Shown: positions 31,880-44,035 of the stretch, piece after piece
How positions within the stretch are numbered: the first letter of the stretch is position 1
How the letters are laid out: each line of letters starts with the position of its first letter
Assembly: GCF_036373705.1 (NCBI RefSeq)
Contig: NC_089863.1
Coordinates: 18,979,406-19,043,405 of the forward strand
Direction: 5' to 3'
DNA from: Amia ocellicauda
Lineage: Eukaryota
DNA: 64,000 bases
Program-made: the position numbers and the translations under genes
The notes under the pieces: model-generated
Told to the model about the DNA's origin: nothing
The model's input: only the letters and a program-made list of their open reading frames with translations
Databases searched by the model: none

Positions 31880-32290
31880 CAGGCAAGAGGAGCGCCTCTC
31901 CCATCATCAGCAACACAGAGGAGGTAGAGAGTGAGCTGCTTCAGGGTCCTGGGGATGCAATGTATGATGACTTTGACTGGACCCACAACATGGAAGCCAT
32001 CATTAAAAAGGCACACCAGTGCCTCCCATTTCTGAGGTGCCTGCAGAGATAGGGATTGAGCATATAGATGCTTGTAAACTTCTACCACAGCATCATTTAG
32101 ATTATCCTGTCCGCATGCATCACAGTGTGGTATCACCACCGCCCAGGACATGTTTAAAATGCAATCCAAAGAGTAGTGAAAGCAGCACAGAATATTATTA
32201 GAGCTGAGCATCAAGCCACCAGCTATCTGTACACCATACCACTCCCCCACACCGCTGCCTTAACCAAGCTTGCCGTACCGTGGGACACCG
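31880..32290 (+). mobile_element. L2-type LINE fragment (ORF2 C-terminal tail region), in the spacer of the palindrome
   Basis: Interrupted translation contains ...ACITVWYHHRPGHV.NAIQRVVKAAQNIIRAEHQATSYLYT..., resembling the conserved teleost L2 ORF2 C-terminal block (TAWYGN...K.LQRVV..AQ.I.G). It carries stops, so it is a decayed copy. Confidence 0.45.
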
Positions 32291-32339
32291 TCTGTCGCTG
32301 TCCCTAGTGCTGAAAGCATTTTTTTTTCTATTTCATTAG

Positions 32340-32990
32340 CACTTGTGAAAGAAAGACATTTCTGTCCATATCTACAAGAAGGGTGTGACTATCAGTTTAG
32401 GTTATGGGTTTTTAAGTATTAGGCCACCCACTAGGGGCACAAATTCAACTTACTGTGTGGAAATAATGAACACACGAAGACCGATTGCTAGTTCCTAAAA
32501 TGCTATTTTATGGTTGTGAAAGTTGTAAATGGCCATTCTGCACTCAATGAAGTTGGTTTCACGTCCCTACCTACAAAGACAAAACAGTTATTAGAGAAAG
32601 AAAGAAGAAAAATGCAATGATGTACCTTTTTTTACAACTTGGGTGAAAATGAATAGCTGAATGTGAAAATGAATGTGAAAGTTGTGTGTTGTCTTCCTGC
32701 ACATAAAGAAGTAGGTTTTATGTCCCTATCATCTAAGAGGGGAAAGCTATTAGGCTTTAAAACTCGCCAATAGGCACTTTCACCCCCGTCTCTAACTCTC
32801 TAGCGTCTCAAACCCCGTGTGGCCGGTGCTGACCCGGTGCCGCGCACTTAGAGCTCGTTGTGAAGTGTAGTCCTCACGTCCCCCTTCAAATCACAAGCAA
32901 TTTCGAAAGAATCCGCTGCTGTGTTTCTCAGAAGCTATTGGAGACAGCACTCCAATGTCTGTTGAATATCGAAAATAAAACTAGCTTTAC
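32340..32990. repeat. Right arm of the large inverted repeat
   Basis: See left arm. Confidence 0.9.
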
Positions 32991-33118
32991 CTCGCTTAGA
33001 AATTAAATTCGGGATTAAATTTGGGGAAATCTCGATGGAAAAGTGCCGAGAACCCAGCTAGCTAAATAAAGCGTACACCTACTTTTCATTCTTCTCCTTC
33101 TTCGTCTACAACATTAAC

Positions 33119-33120
<2 letters not shown>

Positions 33121-33168
<48 letters not shown>
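33121..33168. repeat. (AAT)n microsatellite
   Basis: ataataataata x16. Confidence 0.95.
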
Positions 33169-33170
<2 letters not shown>

Positions 33171-34039
33171 GTTTGTCTAATAGAATTGTGGTTACCCATG
33201 TTTGAAAAATCCTTGATTTCGAGCTAAGTTTCACCTACAGTTTAATACTCTTTGTAATGTAGCAGAATACAGCAAATGCAATTTATTTTTCTGTTCTCAG
33301 CGTCTGAGAGCAGTTCAATTATATAATCCTATATCCTTAATATGGAAGCGTATTGCTGCCACACGAAAACAAAACAAACACAAAATCATGTTTACCACAG
33401 AAATAGAAACATTTAAGTTTTTATTTTTTTTCCGTATTTTGGGGGCATGTTGTTGCCAGGAAAAAAAATACCACAGAAGTGGATAGCAACTGAAACTATA
33501 TTGTTCATGCCAATCGTTCTGAAAAGGCGTCTCTTTAGTTAAATATTTCTTTGTGTTGTGTTGTCATTAAACAAAGTTCAAAACTGCCACAAAATACACT
33601 ACTTAGAAACATGTACCAGACAAATCACTTAATCACAAGTGCAGCCGGAGTTCCATGCTTGGGATTTGAGCCGCTATAAGCACAGCAGCCGCAGCCCGTC
33701 CAGCACAGTAGTGTTAAGCCGCTACATAGAAATCGCAAGTGTCAGACACTGTCCACCTTTAATTTAACCATGGTCTTAAGCATAAATAAATATTACAGTG
33801 TTTGAGCCACGTATACGGAACTGTGCTCAGTATGATGAAAAAACATGCCCGCTTTACTTGAAGTGGCATTGTTTGTGATGGCAGTCCTTCTGACAAATAT
33901 AATATGCCTTTGTCTTATTAAGTAATTTATTCAGTACACAACAAAATTACATCAACAATTTATGTAAGACAGTACAGTATATAAAACATGCAATCATTTG
34001 AATCAATTGTACTTATTTACCCTAAAGATTATTTTATGG

Positions 34040-34185
34040 AAATGGATATATACACCGATCAGCCATAACATTATGAGCACTGACAGGTGAAGTGAATAAC
34101 ACTGATGATCTTTATCATGGCACCTGTCAGTGGGTGGGATATATTAGGCAGCAAGTGAACATTTTGTCCTCAAATGTATAAAGTT
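34040..34185 (+). mobile_element. Solo Tc1-like terminal inverted repeat (same family as the ends of the element at 56490-59950)
   Basis: cgatcagccataacattatgagcactgacaggtgaagtgaataacactgatgatctttatcatggcacctgtcagtgggtgggatatattaggcagcaagtgaacattttgtcctcaaa is near-identical to 56490-56625 and to the reverse complement of 59830-59950. Confidence 0.75.
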
Positions 34186-34419
34186 AATTTAATTGCTTGT
34201 TTTGTTTTCCAGATTGCAAAACCTTTCTCCAATAATTATACATCCAGACGGAGGGATCAACTTACTCAAAATGGGAAACATAATAACTTGCAGAATATGT
34301 GGACAATTTATAGACTTAGATTTTATCAGGTTTCTTTTATCAGTTTTCTTTCCCCATCTTACATTTTCTCTTCATATAATCGCAATTTAACTTATGTAGG
34401 TCATGTTACAATAGACAGA

Positions 34420-34860
34420 AAGATGCAGATGAGGAAAAACAAAAGAGGGAAGAGGAGGAGAGAAAAAAGCAGGAGAGGAGAATGAGGGAAGAGGAGAGAA
34501 GAAAACAGAGGGAAGAGGAGGAGAGAAGACAGGAGCTGGAGAGGAGAAAGGGAAGAGGATGAGAGAAGCTGGGAGCAGGAGAAGAGACTGATGGAAGAGG
34601 AGGAAAGAAGACAGGAGTTGAAGAGGAGTAAGTGGAGATGGGAGGAGGAGAGAAGACAGGAGCTGGAGAGGAGAAAGAGGGAAAAGAGAAGACAGAGGGA
34701 AGAGGAGGAGAGAAGACAGGAGCTGGAGAGAAGACAGAGGGAAGAGGAGGAGCGAAGACAGGAGCTGGAGAGGAGAAAGAGGGAAGAAGAGAGAAGATAA
34801 CAGAGGGAAGAGGAGGAGAGATGCCGGGAGCAGGAGAGGAGAAAGATGGAAGTGAGGCAG
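34420..34860 (+). repeat. Coding-type minisatellite encoding an E/R-rich (EEERRQELERRKRE)n coiled-coil repeat
   Basis: Purine-rich 48-bp-like units (ggaagaggaggagagaagacaggagctggagaggagaaagag). Frame 1 has two in-frame stops (34486, 34798), so either the repeat is partly intronic or UTR, or the locus is decaying. Confidence 0.8.
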
Positions 34861-36290
34861 AGACTGGAAGAAACTAAGAATGATTTGCATGAAAAGAGAA
34901 GAGAAAGTATAAGAGCTGAGCAGGAGAGGTTTGAAACCAAAGTGGAGAGAAAGACATTCCAGTGCCAGTCCAGCTTCCCAGACCACACATACCCTGACCT
35001 TGGATTTCTCAACATCCCTGAAGAAAACATAAACCTCAGGAAACTCTGTCCCGAGCAGATCCTGTCTCTCTCACATTCTCTCCAGGAGCTCTTGTTTGAG
35101 GACTGGGTTGAAGAACTGCCCCAGATGGATACTTTGACTCATGCTCATGTCCTGATTGCAGAGCTGTGTGTGATGGCACTGGATACTGACCATGATGACT
35201 TTCTGGAGCTTACTGCTGACCAGCTGCAGCTGGCAGTGGAGACAGTGGGGCATGCAGTGACAGTTCAGGATGACCGGGAGGAGGAGGAGCTACAGGTACA
35301 GTGTCTGCACTTCACACAGGCCTTGTTCTTGACTTACACACGGCTATTGCTATCGCCAAGGAATGGAGTCAGGGAGAGATTTCATCAGAGCAACTCTTCC
35401 TTCTTCAATTCCTGGAACTCCTCCTCAGAGTCCTGGAGTGGCAGGCAGGCCTATCTAGTGCAAAGGAAAAGCGTCTGGAGCTGATCCTGGAACAGGTAGG
35501 TCAATCTCTGCCTGAAGAAACCAAATCCTTTGCTTGTTTGCTGCCTATTTTGCAGGCACTACTGAGAGCTAACTGGACACCCCTGGATGCACTTGATTGC
35601 ATAGAGAGCTTGGGACAGAAAAAGTTGAACTTCAATGACGCACTGTGTGTCTTAGAGCTGATACAACGGCACAATCTCCCTCCATCCTGGACAGACAGTC
35701 AGGGTAACTCGCTGAACACTCTGCTGGAGTCCACATCCAAATGCAGCAAATTCTACCGCGGACTGGATGAGAAGCTACAAAAGGAAAGCTCACACTGCCT
35801 GGACTCCCTGCTTTCTGAAGTGCAAGAGACAGAGTGTGATCAGCTGAGGAGTGTTATTGGTGCTGTGCTGAAAGACATAAAAGAGATTCAGGAAGAAACA
35901 AAAGACAAGGGAAATGCAGGTAAACCTTACAAGACACTTTTCCATTACCTTTTGAAAGAATCCAGGTTTGGGACAACAGAGCTGAGGATAGTGCTGTCCC
36001 ACCTTTGCAGAGCAATGTTCTACACACATGGTTGGTATCCCTCAGTACCTCAGATAATAAAGTGGTATAACTTGGTTGAAACTTATGGAAGGAAAGACTG
36101 TGAGATCCTAACGCTAGAGAAAGACCCCTGTGTGGCAGCCATGTATGCAGCACTCAGGGTGCTTCAGGGGCATCGGGTGGGCATAGTGCTGGGCTCTACC
36201 TCCTCCAGGTCACAGGACTGGCCTCCTCTCCTATCATTGGTCAATCTTTCATTCACCTCATTCAAACCCTCTCTCCTTCACAGTACTTAA
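34846..36290 (+). CDS. Putative uncharacterised protein-coding gene (E/R-repeat N-terminus, roughly 460-aa alpha-helical unique region); proposed 65-nt intron 35296-35360
   Basis: ORF 34846-35484 (frame 1) and ORF 35301-36290 (frame 3) overlap. Splicing CAG|gtacag (35295/35296) to tatcgccaag|GAATGG (35360/35361) joins them in frame: ...VTVQDDREEEELQ|EWSQGEISSEQLFLLQFLELLLRVLEWQAGLSSAKEKRLE.... Codon usage looks protein-like throughout (LPILQALLRANWTPLDALDCIESLGQKKLNFNDALCVLELIQRHNLPPSW...). I do not recognise a named family. A frameshifted pseudogene is the alternative. Confidence 0.4.
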
Positions 36291-36557
36291 ACCCCTCTGT
36301 TTCATAGATTCATCGTGAAGTCTTGCTTTCTTTCAAGAATCAATTCTGAGCCTTGTTTTGTGTTTGCTTCTCCGTGTTTTTTTACCTCTTGCTATCGTCT
36401 CTCGTTTACCCCTTCTGGATCTCCCCACTAGCCTGTTCGCCTGATCGATCGATCTTGGACTGTCTCTGTTTTCTCTCTCTCATTTTGCCCTTATTGGATT
36501 ATCTGCTTCAACTTCTAGCCTGCACTTGGATGCCTTCCTTTGGTCCTTGTGGACGTG

Positions 36558-36606
<49 letters not shown>
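36558..36606. repeat. (AT)n microsatellite
   Basis: atatatat about 24 units. Confidence 0.95.
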
Positions 36607-36609
<3 letters not shown>

Positions 36610-37392
36610 ATTTACCCTCTCATATGTCATTCAGACTGAAAAATATGACAATATGAATAACAATAAGGCATAGTTTTATTATACTGAATTCAGGCCTGCA
36701 TGTAATATTATAATGTATAACCATTGGTTCACTTTATTAATGTATTCAATGTAACTGCACTGTGTGAGAAGGCATAACAAATGATGCAATAATACAGAAT
36801 GATTTACCTTCTCACACAGAATAAAGTGTGATGTGCTCTAATAGTATGAACTGATGTATTTTCTATTTTTTGTCTTAGCTCTCAAATAGACAAAGACAAG
36901 ATCAAAACACCTAAAAGATGAAAAAAGGACTAAAGCCATGGAAAAGAAAAGCCATTCACATTTGGAAAAAAAGATGAAGGGATAACAGTGTGGCTCAAAT
37001 CGACTTGACAGTTCATCACCTTGAGCTCAAGATCAATGCAACTTTGAAAAATGTAAAACTTAATCAATAATGTAGGCGAGCGCAGGATCGAGGGTGAATA
37101 TTTAGTAAATATTTTAAACACCACACAAACACCTGGAACGCACAATGCTTGAAAAGTGCCCCTGTGGTGTTTTAAAATAAGTTTTGATGAAGAAGTAACC
37201 TGTATAACCGGTTAGCAATAGCTTAAGAATATGACATTGTGTTAAAATTCACCAAAGCACATTGTGTTAAATAGACACATTGTGTTGTAATTTTGTAAAT
37301 TTTAACACAGTTGTTCAATTTAACACATTAGTTCTAAGAGTACATACATAAACAAAAGGAGTTACAACACACTTGTGCTTTAATAGTATCAG

Positions 37393-37398
<6 letters not shown>

Positions 37399-37434
<36 letters not shown>
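37399..37434. repeat. (GT)n microsatellite
   Basis: gtgtgtgt 18 units. Confidence 0.95.
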
Positions 37435-37437
<3 letters not shown>

Positions 37438-37607
37438 GGGGTGCAACAACAAATAATAATGTAATAATAAAAATAATAATGTCCAATAAAGTGAAGAAAT
37501 AATTTGTACCCATCAGTATCTAGGGTAATTTGATTTTTGTATATAATAAACATTAAAGGTTTATCAATTCGTTAACATTTAAACATCCCTATTAGGTAGC
37601 ACAGTAT

Positions 37608-37960
37608 ACAGTGAGGGAAAAAAGTATTTGTTCCCCTGCTGATTTTGTACGTTTGCCCACTGACAAAGAAATGATCAGTCTATAATTTTAATGGTAGGTG
37701 TATTTTAACAGTGAGAGACAGAATAACAACAAAAAAAGCCAGAAAAACGCATTTCAAAAAAGTTATAAATTGATTTGCATGTTAATGAGGGAAATAAGTA
37801 TTTGATCCCCTATCAATCAGCAAGATTTCTGGCTCCCAGGTGTCTTTTATACAGGTAACGAGCTGAGATCTCTTAAAGGGAGTGCTCCTAATCTCAGCTC
37901 ATTACCTGTATAAAAGACACCTGGGAGCCAGAAATCTTGATGTACCAGCTCAGTGGGATG
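37608..37960 (+). mobile_element. Truncated SB-type Tc1-like element (left IR plus internal palindrome only)
   Basis: tacagtgagggaaaaaagtatttgttcccctgctgattttgtacg... is about 95% identical to 25856-26160. Confidence 0.8.
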
Positions 37961-38185
37961 GCAAGAGACAGTCATTACATTACATTATTTGTCATTTAGC
38001 AGATGCTCTTATCCAAGGTGACTTACATTTGTACCCATTTATACAGCTGAGCATTTTACTGGAGTAATCTAAGTGAAGTACCTTGCTCAATGGTACAACA
38101 GCACTGCCCCACCCAGGATTTGAACCCACAACCTTCCAGTTACGAGTCCAGAGCCCTAAGTAGGCAACTTGTTGCAGTCACATCT
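37960..38185 (-). mobile_element. tRNA-derived SINE, near full length
   Basis: Reverse complement gives a tRNA-like head (ttagggctctggactcgtaactggaaggttgtgggttcaaatcctgggtggggcagtgctgttgtacc), then the body, then the tail gtaagtcaccttggataagagcatctgctaaatgacaaataatgtaatg. Confidence 0.75.
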
Positions 38186-38289
38186 GCTATTTCTACTGCA
38201 GGAACTGTAAGCAATTATTACATTACTACTGTAACAGATGCAGCAGCACTAGTAAAAATAATAATAATAATAAAAAATCAGCAGTCTTT

Positions 38290-41200
38290 TTAATCTACAG
38301 AGCCAACAGGAGGCAGAATAACTAGGTCCCTATTCATATCCAGAGTCCAGAAGAAGGGATAGAGCTTATCTCCCTCAGTGAACTGAATGTCAGCGAAGGT
38401 GTAGATATGAGCCCTGGACTCCACTTTGTAAAAGGAGACCCGCCTCCTCCAGAGATCCACACACACCGCCATCCGGCTGGGCTGTAGGCTCTGGGGGAGG
38501 GGAGTCACAGGGTCGGTGAGCGCTGAGAAATCGGAAGAGAAGGATCCCAAAGCCCAGTATCCCTGCTGGGGCGTGAAGGCGAACTTCCCCTTCCTCTGGG
38601 CGGACTCCCGAGCCACGCCTATCCTGCACCAGCCGTTGACCTCCACCATCCAGTAGTGTGTCCCCGAGGTGAAGCTCTCCCGGCTCACGGTGCAGCACCA
38701 GGAGTCGAAGCGCCGGGGGTTGTCGGGAACCTCCCGCAGCTTTCCCCGTCGTACTCTCTTCCCATCCTCGGAGAGGGCGAGCTCACAGTACGCCACGTCA
38801 GGGTCCAGCGTCACGTCCACTGTCCAGGGAGGGGACACAAACATATAGTGTGGTGCGTATAAACAACACGGCCAGGGTGATACCACCACCATCAAAATTC
38901 ATCCACACATTGACAGGGTTCAAGTGAAGCCGAGTGAGACGCAGCAGAAAAGACCATTTTGTTTATTAATGCAGCGGATAAAGGAAATAAACCCACCAGC
39001 AAGCAAAGGAAACATCTATGTACAGTAAAGAATAAGTAATTTAGAAGAAAAGATGGGACAGTGCCGACATGTATTATTACTATTATTAATCAATCAGGCA
39101 GCAGTGTGGAGCACAGGTTAGGGCTTCGGCCTCCTGGGCTATATTGAAGCAATTGTAAGTTGCCCTGGATAAGGGTGTTTGCTAAGAAATATAATTATAA
39201 TATATTTCCAATCTCTAGCGTTAGTTAAAGTCAAATTTAAAAGGATTTTCCAATCACATCATAAAGGATACTCAATGCTGGTGCAGTACACCTTGTCTCT
39301 TACGGTGACGTGTAAATAAAATGTGTGGGAGCGCACAGATGAGGTTGCTTCTCATAAATCAGCAGCAAAGAACACTCACCCCATTTGCCCAGGAGACCTG
39401 CAAGAAACAAGGCCATACGTTAAAGATGAAGAAATATTATTCCAATCAAATTGCCTTTTCATATTGCACACTTATGACAAGAAAGATGCACGCTGAATGT
39501 CTTGTTGTTTTCATGACACATGCTGTAAGTAAGTGTTTTCTACATTGTCAGATTCTGGAAATATTCTTTGAAAGTAATTGTATTTGGCAATTAACTTACA
39601 CATGCCTGTAACCCAAATTCGCAGAGTAAACCAATAATTCAACACAAAAATTGAAAATTCATAAACCACAATTTTGTGCTGTGACTTTATGGGAGACATG
39701 TGAAAAGTAAGACAATACATGCAACTTACATGGCATTTCACAAATAAAAAACAGAGAATGCGCTTTTTATGCTTTATTGAGAATTCAGACAAAAAAGTAA
39801 GAAACACAAAATTGGAGTTTAAACAGCTATGTAGTGGTCATGTGGGTCTTTGAAACTTGCCTCAGATGGAGACTAAATGTTTCCCCTGTCAGGCACTATT
39901 GCTCTCAGGCTGGAGGGAGGACTTGTAACAGGCTCGGGTGAATTAATGCAGAGTGGATCCCCAAGAAATACAAATGTCACCAAATTGATTTACTTACCTT
40001 TAAATGCCCACAGATTCTCCTCCTCTGCAAAAAGAGAAATGGAGTGGAGTCAGCAACCCTGTGAACCCAGCAAGTCCACTGAAATCGTAGCGATTGCTTT
40101 TAAGAAAATAGACTCAAGAAAAGTCTCATCCTGCAATATTAAAAAAGGGGGCTACAGCACAATGTGGAAGTGTAAACCCTCTTCAGAGGCACAGAGAATC
40201 CCCAGCACACTGTTCTCATAGGAGTGACTAATTCAGACATGCTTACAAGTGGACAGCACAGAGATTTTATCTATCTATCTATCTATCCAATGATAATCTT
40301 ATAAAAGGGTCTTTTAGTTTTGTGGATTTTAAGGAATATGCTGCATGTGATTGACTGCCTGGTGAGCCAGAAGAAAGTTCTTGAAAATAGGGTATTAATT
40401 GAGCATCTGGGAGTCTGTGTGTGCAAAAAGGCTAAAGATCCTCCCCACTCGATGATCAGTCACCTATCGCTCTTGAGGTGATGGTCATACACCACTCTGT
40501 TATCTAGATTGAGGGTGCATGTCAAAGGTAACAGTGTCTTTAAGAACAGCTACAGCATTCACAGTGACACACATTATGATCAAGCTACTCACTGTCCATT
40601 CTCCTCCACTGCCTCAACAGAAGAGGAACCGCCACCACACCAGTGACCACAGAGAGAGCTGTGGTGAGGAGGAAGGCCACCATCCACCCACAGGGGTAAG
40701 GGAAGAAGTCCACTGCGAAACAGAACAGGAAGGTTAATCCACAGGAACCCTCACACACAACTCCTCCGCTGCTAATCTGGGCCTACGTAGCAAAGCCACT
40801 ACAATACTGGGACAGACGAGGGCAGTGGCACCCAGTGTAGCACATCATGGAGGTGGTCCTTGTCCTCTTGTTGTCATCATTCCCTTAGTCATGTGAGTCT
40901 AGGCCTAAACAAACTATTTACTTTCTGCTACATATGCCTATTGGGTTTGTCCACTACAACTGAAAAGAAGCCATATCGTGAAAATTATTAAACAAAGAGA
41001 GTAATTTAGACATCAGATGAGAGATTGGAAGAAGAAAACTACATAACATATACTTGATTGCATGGTAGAATAACAAAGATGGTTATTGAATTGTCTGTTG
41101 TGTTGAAACAGCATCCTGCAGTGACTGAAATGAAAAGGGGAACAGCGAGCTACAGAAAGTGACACCTCAGTGTGCAATCGGTTGCAAAGGAAGTGTGTCA

Positions 41201-42492
41201 TGTGACACTTAGGGAGTATCAGCTCTTTGAAAACAGCAGAAGGTCAAGGAATTTGTCTATTCTCGATTACAGTAAGAATTACAACATCTAGTTGAGTAAT
41301 TGAAGTTATGAGCCAGTTAGGATTATTACTATTTTTTATTATTATTTAAATGTGTGCAGTAAAAATCTACTCTATAAGAACTGGAATGTTGCAGATCTAG
41401 GCCAAAAATAGTTTTCCAATTTTTCCAAATAGCCGAAGTAGTATTTAAATATATATTATCAACAGAAGCAATTATTAGTTTTTAGATTCAAATGTTGATT
41501 TCACAAAAACAACATTTTCAATATTTGAAAGTATTTTAATTGAATCTCACAAAACATGGGTAATTAATTGTATGTAAACATAATGTGATATATTGTAACA
41601 ATTGTAAGTCGTACTGGATAAGGGCATCTGCTAAGAGATATAATAATAATATTGTGTATTTGGTGTTCCTGTTCAGGTTTGCTCATTGAAAGTGCTCATA
41701 ATTGCGCTTTAGCAACTGAGAGAACCTGAAGTACTCACTGGCTATGTGGAGCTGGGATGCCCAGTCTGGTTCAGGCACTGTGCTCCGGATCAGGCAACAG
41801 AAGACACTGGAATTCTGTCTGAGTGGGAAGTAGCTTCTGACATTCAAACGCCCCTGACCGTCACTCTCCACCGTGGTCTTGGATTGATTGGTGACGTTGT
41901 GCCCGTTGCTGTCTGTCCACATCACTGTGGGCGCAGGGTACCATCCCTCTGACCTGCACTGCAGCTGGGTTTGACCTCCTTCAGAGTGGAGGGACACTGT
42001 GGACAGGGTCCCCAGAGCTGGCAGGGGTTAGTACAGCTGGGTGAGTCTGTCTGGGTGGTCAGTGAAGCTCATACAAAGACAGCTGAGACATCATCAATGT
42101 TCTAGACCAGAACATATAAAAGTTTAGTATCACCTTATTAGGTACTTTATTCTTATGTCAATGCTCCCCTGATTACCCTGAGAAATGCCACTGGTGTAAA
42201 TGTGACAAGGGAACCCTGTATTACAGTGTATCATCTACATCTACAGGAACAGCAGATAATAGCCACTGGGCTGGGAGTTCACGTGACATACACAATGTGA
42301 AGGTCATTCCTCTTTATTGTCGTACTGGTCGAGAGAAATGCTCTATATTGAGGTATAGAGACACCCAGGCGACCAAGACCGAAAACGTCTATGCCACGTT
42401 GCTCTTTTGAACCAATGAAACTCTCACCTTTAACCTCCACATTTGTCACGAGTAGAACAGTAGTTCTAAAGAGCGGTTTAAATAAATTGTTA

Positions 42493-42557
<65 letters not shown>

Positions 42558-43682
42558 GTTCTCTATCCATCTATTTCTTGATGTAATTGTTGATTCATCG
42601 CAAAAGTGCAGACACCTAAAGAACCAAGACCAATAAACCTCACCTTTCACGACAACGTCAATGAGAGCTTCTTCGTACCACTCGTCAGTTTGAACCAGAC
42701 ATCTGTAGCGACCGTCGTCAGAGCCTCGCACCGCCATCAGGCCCAGAGACACGTTGCCTGTCCTGAACTCCTCTGGGAAGAGTCGTGTCCTGTTCTGGTA
42801 GGCTGCCATCTGCTTCTCGTTGTCGTACTTGCCCCTCCAGTGTAGACACACAGGCGCCGAGTGGTCCTCTCTGAACCACCTGATCTCCATGCCCACTGCG
42901 CTGATGCGGGACGAGAGATGACAAGGCAGAATGGCATCCTCTCCGGCGAAGATGACAAAGGGTTTAGTGGGGCCGAGAACCTGAAAATTCCCTGTGGGGA
43001 GACAAATCACACAGTTGAAGAAACAGTCTTTTATACAGACCAACATATAGATGAAAAAAATATATAGACAGTATGGTCCATGACTAGCATGAAGCACCAG
43101 ATTGTTATAGATGATGGGTCAAATAGAGATGTCTCAAAACCTACACCCAGCTACCAGCACACTCGTCTGTCCCTACACTTCCTCCCATCCATTCTGAACT
43201 TCCTGTTCGAGAAGATGCCCCCAGTGTTGTTGTTGGGGGGGAGGGGATTGACCACCACCCCTGATTAGAAAAATATGAGATTCAGATGGAAACTACAATG
43301 AAGCTTCCATGGAAAAAATACTTCTCCACTGTCTACTTCTGCCCATCAGTGCTGAAACGACAAACCCACTGGGGTCAGAACTACCCAGTCCCAGACACAG
43401 CTTTTCAGACAGTAATACCTCAACAACCTCCTGAGAAGCAGCCTTTAATATAACTGATTTTATGTTCATCTCCTTGGGCTCCTGTGCTCAGAAACCAATG
43501 AGAAGAGCTGAACTGCAGGCATCTGGGGTGGGCTGGGCTGAAACCCTGCTGTTGAGGGTCTGAGCCCCACTTGGCAGAGCAAAGCTGCTCTCACTGTACC
43601 TGATCCTGAGACTGAGCAGTGCTGCAGCAGCAGGGCAATCACACAGAGCCACTCCGAAGGGTCGGGCTTCATCCCTGGAAGA
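38290..43682 (-). CDS. Butyrophilin-like (BTN/BTNL-type) gene: signal peptide, IgV, IgC, TM, mini-exons, B30.2/PRY-SPRY
   Basis: Minus-strand exons, all with GT/AG and a consistent phase 1: 43682-43610 (MKPDPSEWLCVIALLLQHCSVSGS); 42991-42644 (IgV: NFQVLGPTKPFVIFAGEDAILPCHLSSRISAVGMEIRWFRED...DDGRYRCLVQTDEWYEEALIDVVVK); 41996-41739 (IgC: SLHSEGGQTQLQCRSEGWYPAPTVMWTDSNGHNVT...RLNVRSYF...); 40712-40593 (TM: DFFPYPCGWMVAFLLTTALSVVTGVVAVPLLLRQWRRMD); 40024-39998 (27 nt, KEENLWAFK); 39397-39380 (18 nt); 38819-38290 (B30.2: VDVTLDPDVAYCELALSEDGKRV...WMVEVNGWCRIGVARESAQRKGKF...LYPFFWT..., stop TAA 38290-38292). Further small exons between 39400 and 40590 cannot be excluded. The domain order IgV-IgC-TM-heptad mini-exons-B30.2 is diagnostic of butyrophilins. 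Confidence 0.8.
42486..42556. repeat. (ATT)n microsatellite in the BTN-like IgV/IgC intron
   Basis: attattatt about 23 units. It produces the poly-N and poly-L stretches in spurious ORFs. Confidence 0.95.
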
Positions 43683-43859
43683 GACGGACAGATTAGCAGT
43701 GACAATTCCCAGGTGGGGTCAAGTGTGAGGAATCGGTGGGGTGTGGGAGTGTCAGACCCCACTGTGGGAGATGGCGGAACAGCTGTGAATACTGTATTCA
43801 GGCTGTGTTACGCAGATAAGGGAGAATCTGGAAGTTGTAATGGAACACATTCACGCCCC

Positions 43860-44035
43860 TCAACAGACACTTGTGCTAGTAGTAGTAGTATCAACAAAAA
43901 GAGTAGTATTTCTATTAGTAGCAGCCACAGTTGTACAACTAGTAGTAGTAGTAGCAGCAGCTGCAGGGACAGATGTAGAAGTAGCAGAAATAGCATTTGT
44001 AGTAGTAGAAGTAGTAGCAGCAGCAGTAGTAGTGT
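43860..44035. repeat. Imperfect (AGT/AGC)n trinucleotide repeat
   Basis: agtagtagtagcagcagc... It gives Ser-rich and Leu-rich or Val-rich spurious ORFs on both strands. Confidence 0.85.

Noticed and set aside
34387-35030. 199-aa and 209-aa minus-strand ORFs (SSLLLFPLSS...)
   Set aside because: Antisense reading of the purine-rich E/R coding minisatellite, which gives a low-complexity S/L/F product.
42279-43097. 272-aa minus-strand ORF containing a poly-N run
   Set aside because: It fuses the genuine IgV exon (42644-42991) with an intronic read-through across the (ATT)23 microsatellite. The real exon is bounded by a GT donor at 42643.
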